A stretch of DNA of 64,000 nt from Escherichia coli (GTDB taxonomy: Bacteria; Pseudomonadota; Gammaproteobacteria; Enterobacterales; Enterobacteriaceae). The first letter of the stretch is position 1. Each line of letters begins with the position of its first letter. The notes below the pieces were generated by a model. The model did not search any database. It saw nothing but the letters and a program-made list of their open reading frames with translations, and was not told where the DNA came from. The translations under genes were made by a program, and so were the position numbers. Below are positions 55,662 to 64,000 of this stretch, piece by piece. Where the stretch lies: assembly GCF_003790525.1 (NCBI RefSeq), contig NZ_CP033635.1; one strand, given 5' to 3'.

Positions 55662-57059
55662 ATGAAAATGGTCTCACGTATTACCGCGATCGGCCTGGCT
55701 GGCGTCGCGATTTGCTATTTAGGGTTATCTGGTTATGTGTGGTACCACGATAATAAACGCAGTAAGCAGGCCGATGTTCAGGCATCTGCTGTCAGTGAAA
55801 ATAATCAGGTTTTAGGTTTTCTTCGCGAAAAAGGATGCGACTATTGCCATACGCCTTCGGCAGAATTACCCGCCTATTATTATATTCCTGGCGCGAAACA
55901 GTTGATGGATTACGACATTAAGCTTGGATATAAATCTTTTAACCTCGAGGCCGTGCGTGCGGCTCTGCTGGCTGATAAACCCGTTTCGCAAAGCGATCTG
56001 AATAAGATTGAATGGGTAATGCAGTATGAAACCATGCCACCAACGCGTTATACCGCGCTACACTGGGCGGGTAAGGTGAGTGATGAAGAGCGGGCGGAAA
56101 TACTCGCCTGGATTGCAAAACAACGCGCAGAATATTACGCCAGTAATGATACTGCTCCGGAGCATCGCAATGAACCGGTGCAGCCCATCCCGCAAAAACT
56201 GCCTACCGATGCGCAAAAAGTGGCGTTGGGCTTTGCGCTGTATCACGATCCCCGTTTATCGGCTGATAGCACCATTTCATGCGCTCATTGCCATGCGTTG
56301 AATGCGGGGGGCGTCGATGGCAGAAAAACATCGATTGGTGTTGGTGGCGCAGTTGGGCCGATTAACGCGCCGACGGTATTTAACTCAGTATTTAACGTTG
56401 AGCAGTTCTGGGATGGTCGTGCGGCAACATTGCAGGATCAGGCGGGTGGACCGCCGTTGAACCCGATTGAAATGGCGTCGAAATCCTGGGACGAAATTAT
56501 TGCTAAGCTGGAAAAAGATCCGCAGCTTAAAGCGCAGTTCCTCGAAGTCTATCCGCAAGGTTTCAGCGGTGAAAATATTACTGATGCCATTGCTGAATTT
56601 GAAAAAACATTAATTACGCCGGATTCCCCATTTGATAAATGGTTGCGTGGAGATGAGAATGCGCTGACGGCACAACAGAAAAAAGGCTATCAATTATTTA
56701 AAGATAATAAATGTGCAACTTGTCATGGTGGTATTATTCTCGGCGGACGTTCCTTCGAACCGTTGGGGCTGAAAAAAGACTTTAACTTTGGTGAAATTAC
56801 GGCGGCGGATATTGGTCGTATGAATGTGACTAAAGAAGAGCGCGATAAATTGCGTCAGAAAGTACCCGGTTTACGTAACGTTGCACTAACGGCACCGTAC
56901 TTCCATCGCGGTGATGTGCCGACGCTGGACGGGGCGGTGAAACTGATGTTGCGCTATCAGGTAGGCAAAGAGCTGCCGCAGGAGGATGTGGATGATATCG
57001 TAGCTTTCCTGCACAGTCTGAACGGGGTTTACACGCCGTATATGCAGGATAAACAATAA
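55662..57059 (+). CDS. yhjA: tri-haem cytochrome c peroxidase
   Basis: 465-aa ORF; three CxxCH haem motifs (CDYCH, CAHCH, CATCH); N-terminal TM anchor. Confidence 0.94.
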   Translation: MKMVSRITAIGLAGVAICYLGLSGYVWYHDNKRSKQADVQASAVSENNQVLGFLREKGCDYCHTPSAELPAYYYIPGAKQLMDYDIKLGYKSFNLEAVRAALLADKPVSQSDLNKIEWVMQYETMPPTRYTALHWAGKVSDEERAEILAWIAKQRAEYYASNDTAPEHRNEPVQPIPQKLPTDAQKVALGFALYHDPRLSADSTISCAHCHALNAGGVDGRKTSIGVGGAVGPINAPTVFNSVFNVEQFWDGRAATLQDQAGGPPLNPIEMASKSWDEIIAKLEKDPQLKAQFLEVYPQGFSGENITDAIAEFEKTLITPDSPFDKWLRGDENALTAQQKKGYQLFKDNKCATCHGGIILGGRSFEPLGLKKDFNFGEITAADIGRMNVTKEERDKLRQKVPGLRNVALTAPYFHRGDVPTLDGAVKLMLRYQVGKELPQEDVDDIVAFLHSLNGVYTPYMQDKQ

Positions 57060-57170
57060 TTAATTTAATCGCCCGAACAGGAATGTTTGGGCGATTTTTA
57101 TTACGATAATAAAGTCTGTTTTTAATATTATCATGTTAAATGTTTATATTATAAAAAGTCGTTTTTCTGC

Positions 57171-57190
57171 TTAGGATTTTGTTATTTAAA
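57171..57190 (+). promoter_or_regulatory. GAD box (GadE binding site) of the gadA promoter
   Basis: TTAGGATTTTGTTATTTAAA, identical to the 20-bp gad box as I recall it, about 80 bp upstream of the gadA ATG. Confidence 0.65.
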
Positions 57191-57269
57191 TTAAGCCTGT
57201 AATACCTTGCTTCCATTGCGGATAAATCCTACTTTTTTATTGCCTTCAAATAAATTTAAGGAGTTCGAA

Positions 57270-58670
57270 ATGGACCAGAAGCTGTTAACGGATTTCCGCT
57301 CAGAACTACTCGATTCACGTTTTGGCGCAAAGGCCATTTCTACTATCGCGGAGTCAAAACGATTTCCGCTGCACGAAATGCGAGATGATGTTGCATTTCA
57401 GATTATCAATGATGAATTATATCTTGATGGCAACGCTCGTCAGAACCTGGCCACTTTCTGCCAGACCTGGGACGACGAAAACGTCCATAAATTGATGGAT
57501 TTGTCGATCAATAAAAACTGGATCGACAAAGAAGAATATCCGCAATCTGCAGCCATCGACCTGCGTTGCGTAAACATGGTTGCCGATCTGTGGCATGCGC
57601 CTGCACCGAAAAATGGTCAGGCCGTTGGCACCAACACCATTGGTTCTTCCGAGGCCTGTATGCTCGGCGGGATGGCGATGAAATGGCGTTGGCGCAAGCG
57701 TATGGAAGCCGCAGGTAAGCCGACCAACAAACCAAACCTGGTGTGCGGTCCGGTACAAATCTGCTGGCATAAATTCGCCCGCTACTGGGATGTGGAGCTG
57801 CGTGAGATCCCTATGCGCCCCGGTCAGTTGTTTATGGACCCGAAACGCATGATTGAAGCCTGCGACGAAAACACCATCGGCGTGGTGCCGACTTTTGGCG
57901 TGACCTACACCGGTAACTATGAGTTCCCACAGCCGCTGCACGATGCGCTGGATAAATTCCAGGCCGACACCGGTATCGACATCGACATGCACATCGACGC
58001 TGCCAGCGGTGGCTTCCTGGCACCGTTCGTCGCCCCGGATATCGTCTGGGACTTCCGCCTGCCGCGTGTGAAATCGATCAGTGCTTCAGGCCATAAATTC
58101 GGTCTGGCTCCGCTGGGCTGCGGCTGGGTTATCTGGCGTGATGAAGAAGCGCTGCCGCAGGAACTGGTGTTCAACGTTGACTATCTGGGTGGTCAGATTG
58201 GGACTTTCGCCATCAACTTCTCCCGCCCGGCAGGTCAGGTGATTGCACAGTACTATGAATTCCTGCGCCTTGGCCGTGAAGGCTATACCAAAGTACAGAA
58301 CGCTTCCTACCAGGTTGCTGCCTATCTGGCGGATGAAATCGCCAAACTGGGGCCGTATGAGTTCATCTGTACCGGTCGCCCGGACGAAGGCATCCCGGCG
58401 GTTTGCTTCAAACTGAAAGATGGTGAAGACCCGGGATACACCCTCTACGACCTCTCTGAACGTCTGCGCCTGCGCGGCTGGCAGGTTCCGGCCTTCACTC
58501 TCGGCGGTGAAGCCACTGACATCGTGGTGATGCGCATTATGTGTCGTCGCGGCTTCGAAATGGACTTTGCTGAACTGTTGCTGGAAGACTACAAAGCCTC
58601 CCTGAAATATCTCAGCGATCACCCGAAACTGCAGGGTATTGCCCAGCAGAACAGCTTTAAACATACCTGA
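57270..58670 (+). CDS. gadA: glutamate decarboxylase A (PLP-dependent)
   Basis: Track ORF 57207-58670 trimmed to [19 protein letters not shown] start (466 aa), TAAGGAG RBS; called gadA rather than gadB from linkage to gadX/gadW. Confidence 0.95.
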   Translation: MDQKLLTDFRSELLDSRFGAKAISTIAESKRFPLHEMRDDVAFQIINDELYLDGNARQNLATFCQTWDDENVHKLMDLSINKNWIDKEEYPQSAAIDLRCVNMVADLWHAPAPKNGQAVGTNTIGSSEACMLGGMAMKWRWRKRMEAAGKPTNKPNLVCGPVQICWHKFARYWDVELREIPMRPGQLFMDPKRMIEACDENTIGVVPTFGVTYTGNYEFPQPLHDALDKFQADTGIDIDMHIDAASGGFLAPFVAPDIVWDFRLPRVKSISASGHKFGLAPLGCGWVIWRDEEALPQELVFNVDYLGGQIGTFAINFSRPAGQVIAQYYEFLRLGREGYTKVQNASYQVAAYLADEIAKLGPYEFICTGRPDEGIPAVCFKLKDGEDPGYTLYDLSERLRLRGWQVPAFTLGGEATDIVVMRIMCRRGFEMDFAELLLEDYKASLKYLSDHPKLQGIAQQNSFKHT

Positions 58671-58687
58671 TAACATAACGTTGTAAA

Positions 58688-58729
58688 AACCGAATGCCCA
58701 ACCTTTAAAAAACAGTTGGGCATTCGGTT
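58688..58729 (+). terminator. terminator hairpin downstream of gadA
   Basis: AACCGAATGCCCAAC / GTTGGGCATTCGGTT inverted repeat. Confidence 0.5.
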
Positions 58730-59029
58730 GCTTATTAATCGCAATAATATATTGGCTGTCTATTCATCGTGTTGATAAGATATATGTTATATGAATGTTT
58801 ATTCAATGTAACGGATATTCTTAATATCACTACAAGAGATTATTTGCTTACTATTAATTTCACTGCGTTCTTAAACACGCCTTTTGTATTATAAATCCAG
58901 TCATCCTGCCCGTAGATTATCATCCTGTTTTCCCGCGTCGTTTAAATTTATTTATCAATCAATTTGACTTAAGAGGGCGGCGTGCTACATTAATAAACAG
59001 TAATATGTTTATGTAATATTAAGTCAACT

Positions 59030-59854
59030 ATGCAACCACTACATGGTAATTGTCTAATTGCGTACGCAAGACATAAATATATTCTCACCATGGTTAATGG
59101 TGAATATCGCTATTTTAATGGCGGTGATCTGGTTTTTGCGGATGCAAGCCAAATTCAAGTGGATAAGTGTGTTGAGAATTTCGTATTAGTTTCAAGAGAC
59201 ACGCTTTCATTATTTCTCCCGATGCTCAAGGAGGAGGCATTAAAACTTCATGCACATAAAAAAGTTCCTTCATTACTCGTTCATCACTGTACCAGAGATA
59301 TTCCTGTTTTTCAGGAAGTTGCGCAACTATCGCAGAATAAGAATCTTCGCTATGCAGAAATGCTACGTAAAAGGGCATTAATCTTTGCGTTGTTATCTGT
59401 TTTTCTTGAGGATACGCAGTTTATACCGTTACTTCTGAACGTGTTGCAACCGAATATGCGAACACGAGTTTGTACGGTCATCAATAATAATATCGCCCAT
59501 GAGTGGACATTAGCCCGAATTGCTAGCGAATTGTTGATGAGTCCAAGCCTGTTAAAGAAAAAATTGCGCGAAGAAGGTACGTCATATTCACAGTTGCTTA
59601 CTGAGTGTAGGATGCAGCGTGCTTTACAACTTATTGTTATATATGGGGTTTCAATTAAGCGAGTTGCAGTATCCTGTGGATATCACAGCGTGTCGTATTT
59701 CATTTACGTTTTTCGAAATTATTATGGGATGACGCCCACAGAGTATCAGGAGCGATCGGCGCAGGAATTACCGAACTGTGGCCCGGCGGCAAGTATAGCT
59801 GCGCAAGGGAATTTTTACGGCACTGACCGTTCTGCGGAAGGAATAAGATTATAG
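59030..59854 (+). CDS. gadX: AraC-family acid-resistance regulator GadX
   Basis: 274-aa ORF; AT-rich gene; C-terminal AraC HTH; recognised as GadX. Confidence 0.94.
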   Translation: MQPLHGNCLIAYARHKYILTMVNGEYRYFNGGDLVFADASQIQVDKCVENFVLVSRDTLSLFLPMLKEEALKLHAHKKVPSLLVHHCTRDIPVFQEVAQLSQNKNLRYAEMLRKRALIFALLSVFLEDTQFIPLLLNVLQPNMRTRVCTVINNNIAHEWTLARIASELLMSPSLLKKKLREEGTSYSQLLTECRMQRALQLIVIYGVSIKRVAVSCGYHSVSYFIYVFRNYYGMTPTEYQERSAQELPNCGPAASIAAQGNFYGTDRSAEGIRL

Positions 59855-59870
59855 AGTTTTACTCAGACAT

Positions 59871-59976
59871 AAAAAAAACCCGGCATAGGGGACCGGGAAG
59901 AGGATAGTCTGCCGTCTCCAGACTAATAAACCGTTATAACACTCCCTGTTGGCACGGGAAACTTTGTGCTCTCAGT
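59871..59976 (-). ncRNA. gadY: GadY small RNA (antisense to the gadX 3' UTR)
   Basis: Minus strand reads ACTGAGAGCACAAAGTTTCCCGTGCCAACAGGGAGTG…CCCGGTCCCCTATGCCGGGTTTTTTTT, matching the GadY sequence as recalled, with terminal hairpin and U8. Confidence 0.8.
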
Positions 59977-60222
59977 AAGTTAAATATAACTTTTACTGGA
60001 AATAAGATCAGCCATTTTTTTATAAACATAAGCTATACGCTGTGCGAAAATATATTCGTGTTGCATTTACTTATTGTCAATTAACTGTTATGCAAAACTA
60101 CTTTGTGGATAAATTTTGGTCCTACCAAATCTGGCAGTTTTTGCGCTAAGAAACAGTCTGGCATCATTTCATTAGTATACTGAAATTGAAATAATCGCAG
60201 TAATGAAATATAAGGGATAGTC

Positions 60223-60951
60223 ATGACTCATGTCTGCTCGGTGATCCTCGTTCGTCGTTCATTCGATATTTATCATGAACAGCAAAAAATATCGTTGCAT
60301 AACGAGAGTATCCTGCTGCTGGATAAAAATTTGGCAGACGATTTTGCGTTTTGTTCACCGGATACGCGACGACTGGATATCGATGAGCTGACAGTTTGCC
60401 ATTACTTACAAAATATTCGTCAGATACCACGCAATTTAGGGTTACATAGCAAAGACCGTCTGTTAATTAACCAGTCACCCCCCATGCCGCTGGTGACGGC
60501 GATTTTTGATAGTTTCAATGACCCCCGGGTCAATTCGCCGATACTGAGCAAAATGCTCTACCTTTCCTGTTTATCAATGTTTTCTCATAAGAAAGAACTG
60601 ATCCCCTTACTTTTCAATAGTATCAGTACTGTTTCAGGAAAAGTTGAACGCCTTATTAGCTTTGATATCGCCAAACGTTGGTATCTGCGCGATATCGCAG
60701 AAAGAATGTATACCAGCGAGAGTCTCATCAAAAAAAAGTTGCAGGATGAAAATACCTGTTTCAGTAAAATATTACTCGCCTCCAGGATGTCGATGGCCAG
60801 ACGATTACTCGAGTTACGTCAAATTCCTCTGCATACTATTGCGGAAAAATGTGGATATAGCAGTACGTCGTACTTTATAAACACATTTCGACAATATTAT
60901 GGTGTAACGCCACATCAGTTTGCGCAACATTCGCCAGGTACCTTTTCCTGA
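60223..60951 (+). CDS. gadW: AraC-family acid-resistance regulator GadW
   Basis: 242-aa ORF, AT-rich, C-terminal AraC HTH; recognised as GadW. Confidence 0.94.
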   Translation: MTHVCSVILVRRSFDIYHEQQKISLHNESILLLDKNLADDFAFCSPDTRRLDIDELTVCHYLQNIRQIPRNLGLHSKDRLLINQSPPMPLVTAIFDSFNDPRVNSPILSKMLYLSCLSMFSHKKELIPLLFNSISTVSGKVERLISFDIAKRWYLRDIAERMYTSESLIKKKLQDENTCFSKILLASRMSMARRLLELRQIPLHTIAEKCGYSSTSYFINTFRQYYGVTPHQFAQHSPGTFS

Positions 60952-61313
60952 CATATTTTGCATTTGAATATTGGTCAGGATCTCACACCTGCTTCATGTG
61001 AAACTCTTCCCTGATGATTTCTGCCGGGCTACCGGCTAATTCTCTTTCGCAGTTTGCCAGGCGGTATAGGTATTTTCAGGAGGAAAAGACTCGGCATGTT
61101 TGGGATTATTAAGCTGACAATTCATACGATTACGGGAATGTGGGTCAGTATTGTGCTGTTCAAATTGATGACGAATGGCTGGAGTGGTTTCTACTTTCAG
61201 TGCTGTGTACTAAGCCTGGTATTCCTGACGGTTAGCTGGTTGTTGAGTGGTGAATGGTTAGCAGGAAAGAGTAAGGCTGAACCTTCACGTTCAACCTTAC
61301 TCTCATTTACACG

Positions 61314-64000
61314 TTACGCTTTTTTAAAGCGGGCAAAGAGATGTTCCACTACAACGAAAAAGACCGGAACGAAGTAAATTGCCAGCACTGTTGCGGCAAA
61401 CATCCCGCCCATCACGCCGGTACCTACCGCGTTTTGCGCGCCAGAACCGGCACCATGACTGATAACCAGCGGCAGCACGCCGAGAATAAAGGCCAGAGAG
61501 GTCATCAGGATTGGGCGTAAACGCATTCGCGCCGCTTCGATGATCGCCTCTATCGGCGTTTTCCCTTCTTTCTGCATCATCTCAACGGCAAATTCGACAA
61601 TCAGGATGGCGTTTTTGGCGGAAAGCCCGATGGTGGTCAGCAAACCAACCTGGAAGTAGACGTCATTACTTAAGCCGCGTAGATCGGTGGCCAGTAATGC
61701 GCCAACGACGCCTAACGGTACAACCAACATCACCGAGAACGGAATTGACCAGCTCTCATAAAGTGCGGCGAGGGCGAGGAACACCACGACCAGTGAAATG
61801 GCATACAGCGCGGGAGCCTGATTTGAGGATAACGCTTCCTGATACGACAGTCCGGTCCATGAGTAGCCGACGCCTGCCGGAAGTTTAGCGACCAGGTCTG
61901 CCATAAATTTCATGGCGTCACCGGTACTTTTACCGGCCGCCGCTTCACCTAAAATCTCCATTGACGGGATGCCGTTGTAGCGTTCCAGTCGCGGTGAACC
62001 ATAGGTCCATTCGGTAGACGAGTAGGCAGAAAGCGGTGCCATCGTGCCAGAGGCGTTGCGTACATACCATTGGTTGATGTTATCCGGCAACATACGGAAC
62101 GGCGTGCCTGCCTGGACATACACTTTTTTCACCCGCCCCTGGTTGAGGAAGTCGTTCACGTAGCTGCTGCCGAAGGCGGTGGAAATTGTCTGGTTGATAT
62201 CAGACAGCGCCACGCCCATAGCCTCGGCTTTCGCAGCGTTGACGTTCACTTTGAACATCGGCGTATCTTCCAGGCCGTTCGGGCGAACCCCGGTGACCTG
62301 ATTCGGTGATTGCGCTGCCAGTGATAACAGCTCGTTTCGCGCCTGGGTCAGTTTTTCGTGCCCCAGGTTGCCGTTGTCCAGCAGTTCCATATCAAAACCT
62401 GACGCGGTACCCAGTTCAGCCACCGCGGGTAAGTTGAACGGGAAGACGACGGCTTTATTGATACTGCTTAACGCAATCATTGCCCGCTGAATGATCGCGG
62501 TAACCGAGTTTTCCTCACCGACACGTTCAGACCACGGTTTGAGGCTGATAAACGCCAGACCGTTGTTTTGCCCCTGGCCGCTGAAGCCAAAGCCGCCAAC
62601 GGTAAACACCGACTGAACATTATCTTTCTCTTTAGTCAGATAATAATCCGTCACCTGTTGCAGCACTTTCGTGGTGTTAACCATGGTGGCACCGGAAGGT
62701 AACTGAGCGGTGGTCATAAATACCCCCTGATCCTCTTCTGGTAAGAAAGAGGTCGGCGTACGCAGGAACAGCACCGCCATCCCGGCGCAAATCAGCAGGT
62801 AGACCACCATGTAGCGACCGGTACAACGCAACAGCGAACGGGTGCTGTCGGTATAGTGCTGAGTTGATTTTTCAAACAGCGTGTTGAAGCGTGCGAACAG
62901 GGCGTTAGGTTTGTGACCGCCTTCCGGCGCGGCTTTCAGAATGGTGGCGCACAGGGCAGGGGTCAGGCTCATTGCCACAAATACTGAAAGCAGCATGGAG
63001 GAGATCAGCGTGATGGAGAACTGTCGGTAGATCTCCCCGGTTGCACCGCTCATAAAGGCCATCGGCATAAACACTGCGGAAAGAACAACGGCAATCCCGA
63101 CCAGCGCACGTTGGATCTGCCTCATCGATTTATGCGTCGCTTCCTTCGGCGGTAGCTTATCTTCCGCAATGACACGCTCGACGTTCTCCACCACCACGAT
63201 GGCGTCATCCACCAGTAACCCTATCGCCAGCACCATCCCGAACATAGTTAACGTGTTGATGGTGAAACCGACCGCCGACAAGATCGCAAACGTCCCGAGA
63301 ATAACCACCGGTACGGCAATCGTCGGGATGATTGTGGCGCGGAAATTCTGCAAAAACAGATACATGACCAGGAAGACGAGGATGATAGCCTCAACCAGCG
63401 TTTTGAAAACTTCCTGAATAGAAATTTTGATAAACGGTGTGGTGTCGTAAGGATAAACCGTCTTCAGGCTTGCAGGGAAATAAGCCGATAAACGGTTCAG
63501 CTCCTCTTTCACCGCTCGCGAGGTATCCAGGGCGTTTGCTCCGGTAGCCAGTTTGATGGCGATCCCGGCAGCAGGTTTGCCGTTATAGCGCGCCACGGTG
63601 GAATAATCTTCCGCCCCAAGTTCGACGCGGGCGACATCACGCAGCAGCACTTGCGAACCATCTTGCTGAACTTTCAACAGGATTTTGCCAAATTCTTCCG
63701 GTGTTTGCAGACGCGTCTGCACAATGATCGAGGCGTTCAGTTGCTGGTCTGCCGCCTGTGGCATGCCACCCAGTTGACCACCGGAAATCTGGTTGTTTTG
63801 CACCTTAATCTGGGAAATAACATCGGAAGGTACCAGGTTATATTTATTGAGTTTTTGCGGGTCCAGCCAGATACGCATGGCGTACTCGGAACCAAAGAGC
63901 TGTACGCTACCAACGCCCGCGGTACGGCTTAGCGGGTCTTTGATATTAGACGCTACATAGTCCGCGATATCGTACTGGTTGAGGCTGCCGTTATCAGAAA
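61314..64000 (-). CDS. mdtF: RND multidrug efflux permease MdtF (3' portion; N-terminus lies beyond the window end)
   Basis: Reading frame open to the window edge; the 854 aa visible from the first in-window Met align to the AcrB/MdtF C-terminal region; adjacency to gadW. Confidence 0.93.
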   Translation of the reverse strand, partial: SDNGSLNQYDIADYVASNIKDPLSRTAGVGSVQLFGSEYAMRIWLDPQKLNKYNLVPSDVISQIKVQNNQISGGQLGGMPQAADQQLNASIIVQTRLQTPEEFGKILLKVQQDGSQVLLRDVARVELGAEDYSTVARYNGKPAAGIAIKLATGANALDTSRAVKEELNRLSAYFPASLKTVYPYDTTPFIKISIQEVFKTLVEAIILVFLVMYLFLQNFRATIIPTIAVPVVILGTFAILSAVGFTINTLTMFGMVLAIGLLVDDAIVVVENVERVIAEDKLPPKEATHKSMRQIQRALVGIAVVLSAVFMPMAFMSGATGEIYRQFSITLISSMLLSVFVAMSLTPALCATILKAAPEGGHKPNALFARFNTLFEKSTQHYTDSTRSLLRCTGRYMVVYLLICAGMAVLFLRTPTSFLPEEDQGVFMTTAQLPSGATMVNTTKVLQQVTDYYLTKEKDNVQSVFTVGGFGFSGQGQNNGLAFISLKPWSERVGEENSVTAIIQRAMIALSSINKAVVFPFNLPAVAELGTASGFDMELLDNGNLGHEKLTQARNELLSLAAQSPNQVTGVRPNGLEDTPMFKVNVNAAKAEAMGVALSDINQTISTAFGSSYVNDFLNQGRVKKVYVQAGTPFRMLPDNINQWYVRNASGTMAPLSAYSSTEWTYGSPRLERYNGIPSMEILGEAAAGKSTGDAMKFMADLVAKLPAGVGYSWTGLSYQEALSSNQAPALYAISLVVVFLALAALYESWSIPFSVMLVVPLGVVGALLATDLRGLSNDVYFQVGLLTTIGLSAKNAILIVEFAVEMMQKEGKTPIEAIIEAARMRLRPILMTSLAFILGVLPLVISHGAGSGAQNAVGTGVMGGMFAATVLAIYFVPVFFVVVEHLFARFKKA

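Noticed and set aside
58740-59030. AT-rich gadA-gadX intergenic region as a possible mobile-element remnant
   Set aside because: The AT-richness is characteristic of the H-NS-bound gad regulatory region; no inverted repeats or transposase fragments were seen.

Overview
This window is an Escherichia coli chromosomal segment that I recognise, from memory of the K-12 map, as the yiaG to mdtF region (about 79-80 min), in inverted orientation relative to K-12 numbering. Almost all of it is well-known core genome: yiaG, yiaF, ghrB, yiaD, bisC, yiaC, tag, yhjY, yhjX, eptB, tRNA-Pro proK, the dppABCDF dipeptide ABC transporter operon, yhjV, the complete cellulose locus bcsGFE / bcsRQABZC, pdeK, dctA, yhjJ, kdgK, pdeH, yhjG, yhjE, yhjD, yhjC, yhjB, treF, yhjA (ccp), gadA, gadX, the gadY sRNA, gadW and the 3' part of mdtF. 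Three things differ from the K-12 arrangement as I remember it. (1) A roughly 3.8 kb insertion between the convergent core genes yhjJ and kdgK carries three ORFs I cannot assign to any family: an AT-rich 176-aa protein, and a two-gene operon encoding a 401-aa signal/anchor-bearing protein and a 680-aa secreted, helical-repeat-like protein. This is the best candidate for an undescribed system. (2) The Ldr/Rdl type I toxin-antitoxin unit is present as four tandem copies of about 484 bp between yhjV and bcsG, where K-12 has one (ldrD/rdlD). (3) bcsQ is intact, so the cellulose locus looks functional. No CRISPR array, IS element, integrase or prophage gene was seen. All homology statements are from recall, not from a database search, and coordinates of RNA and regulatory features are approximate.
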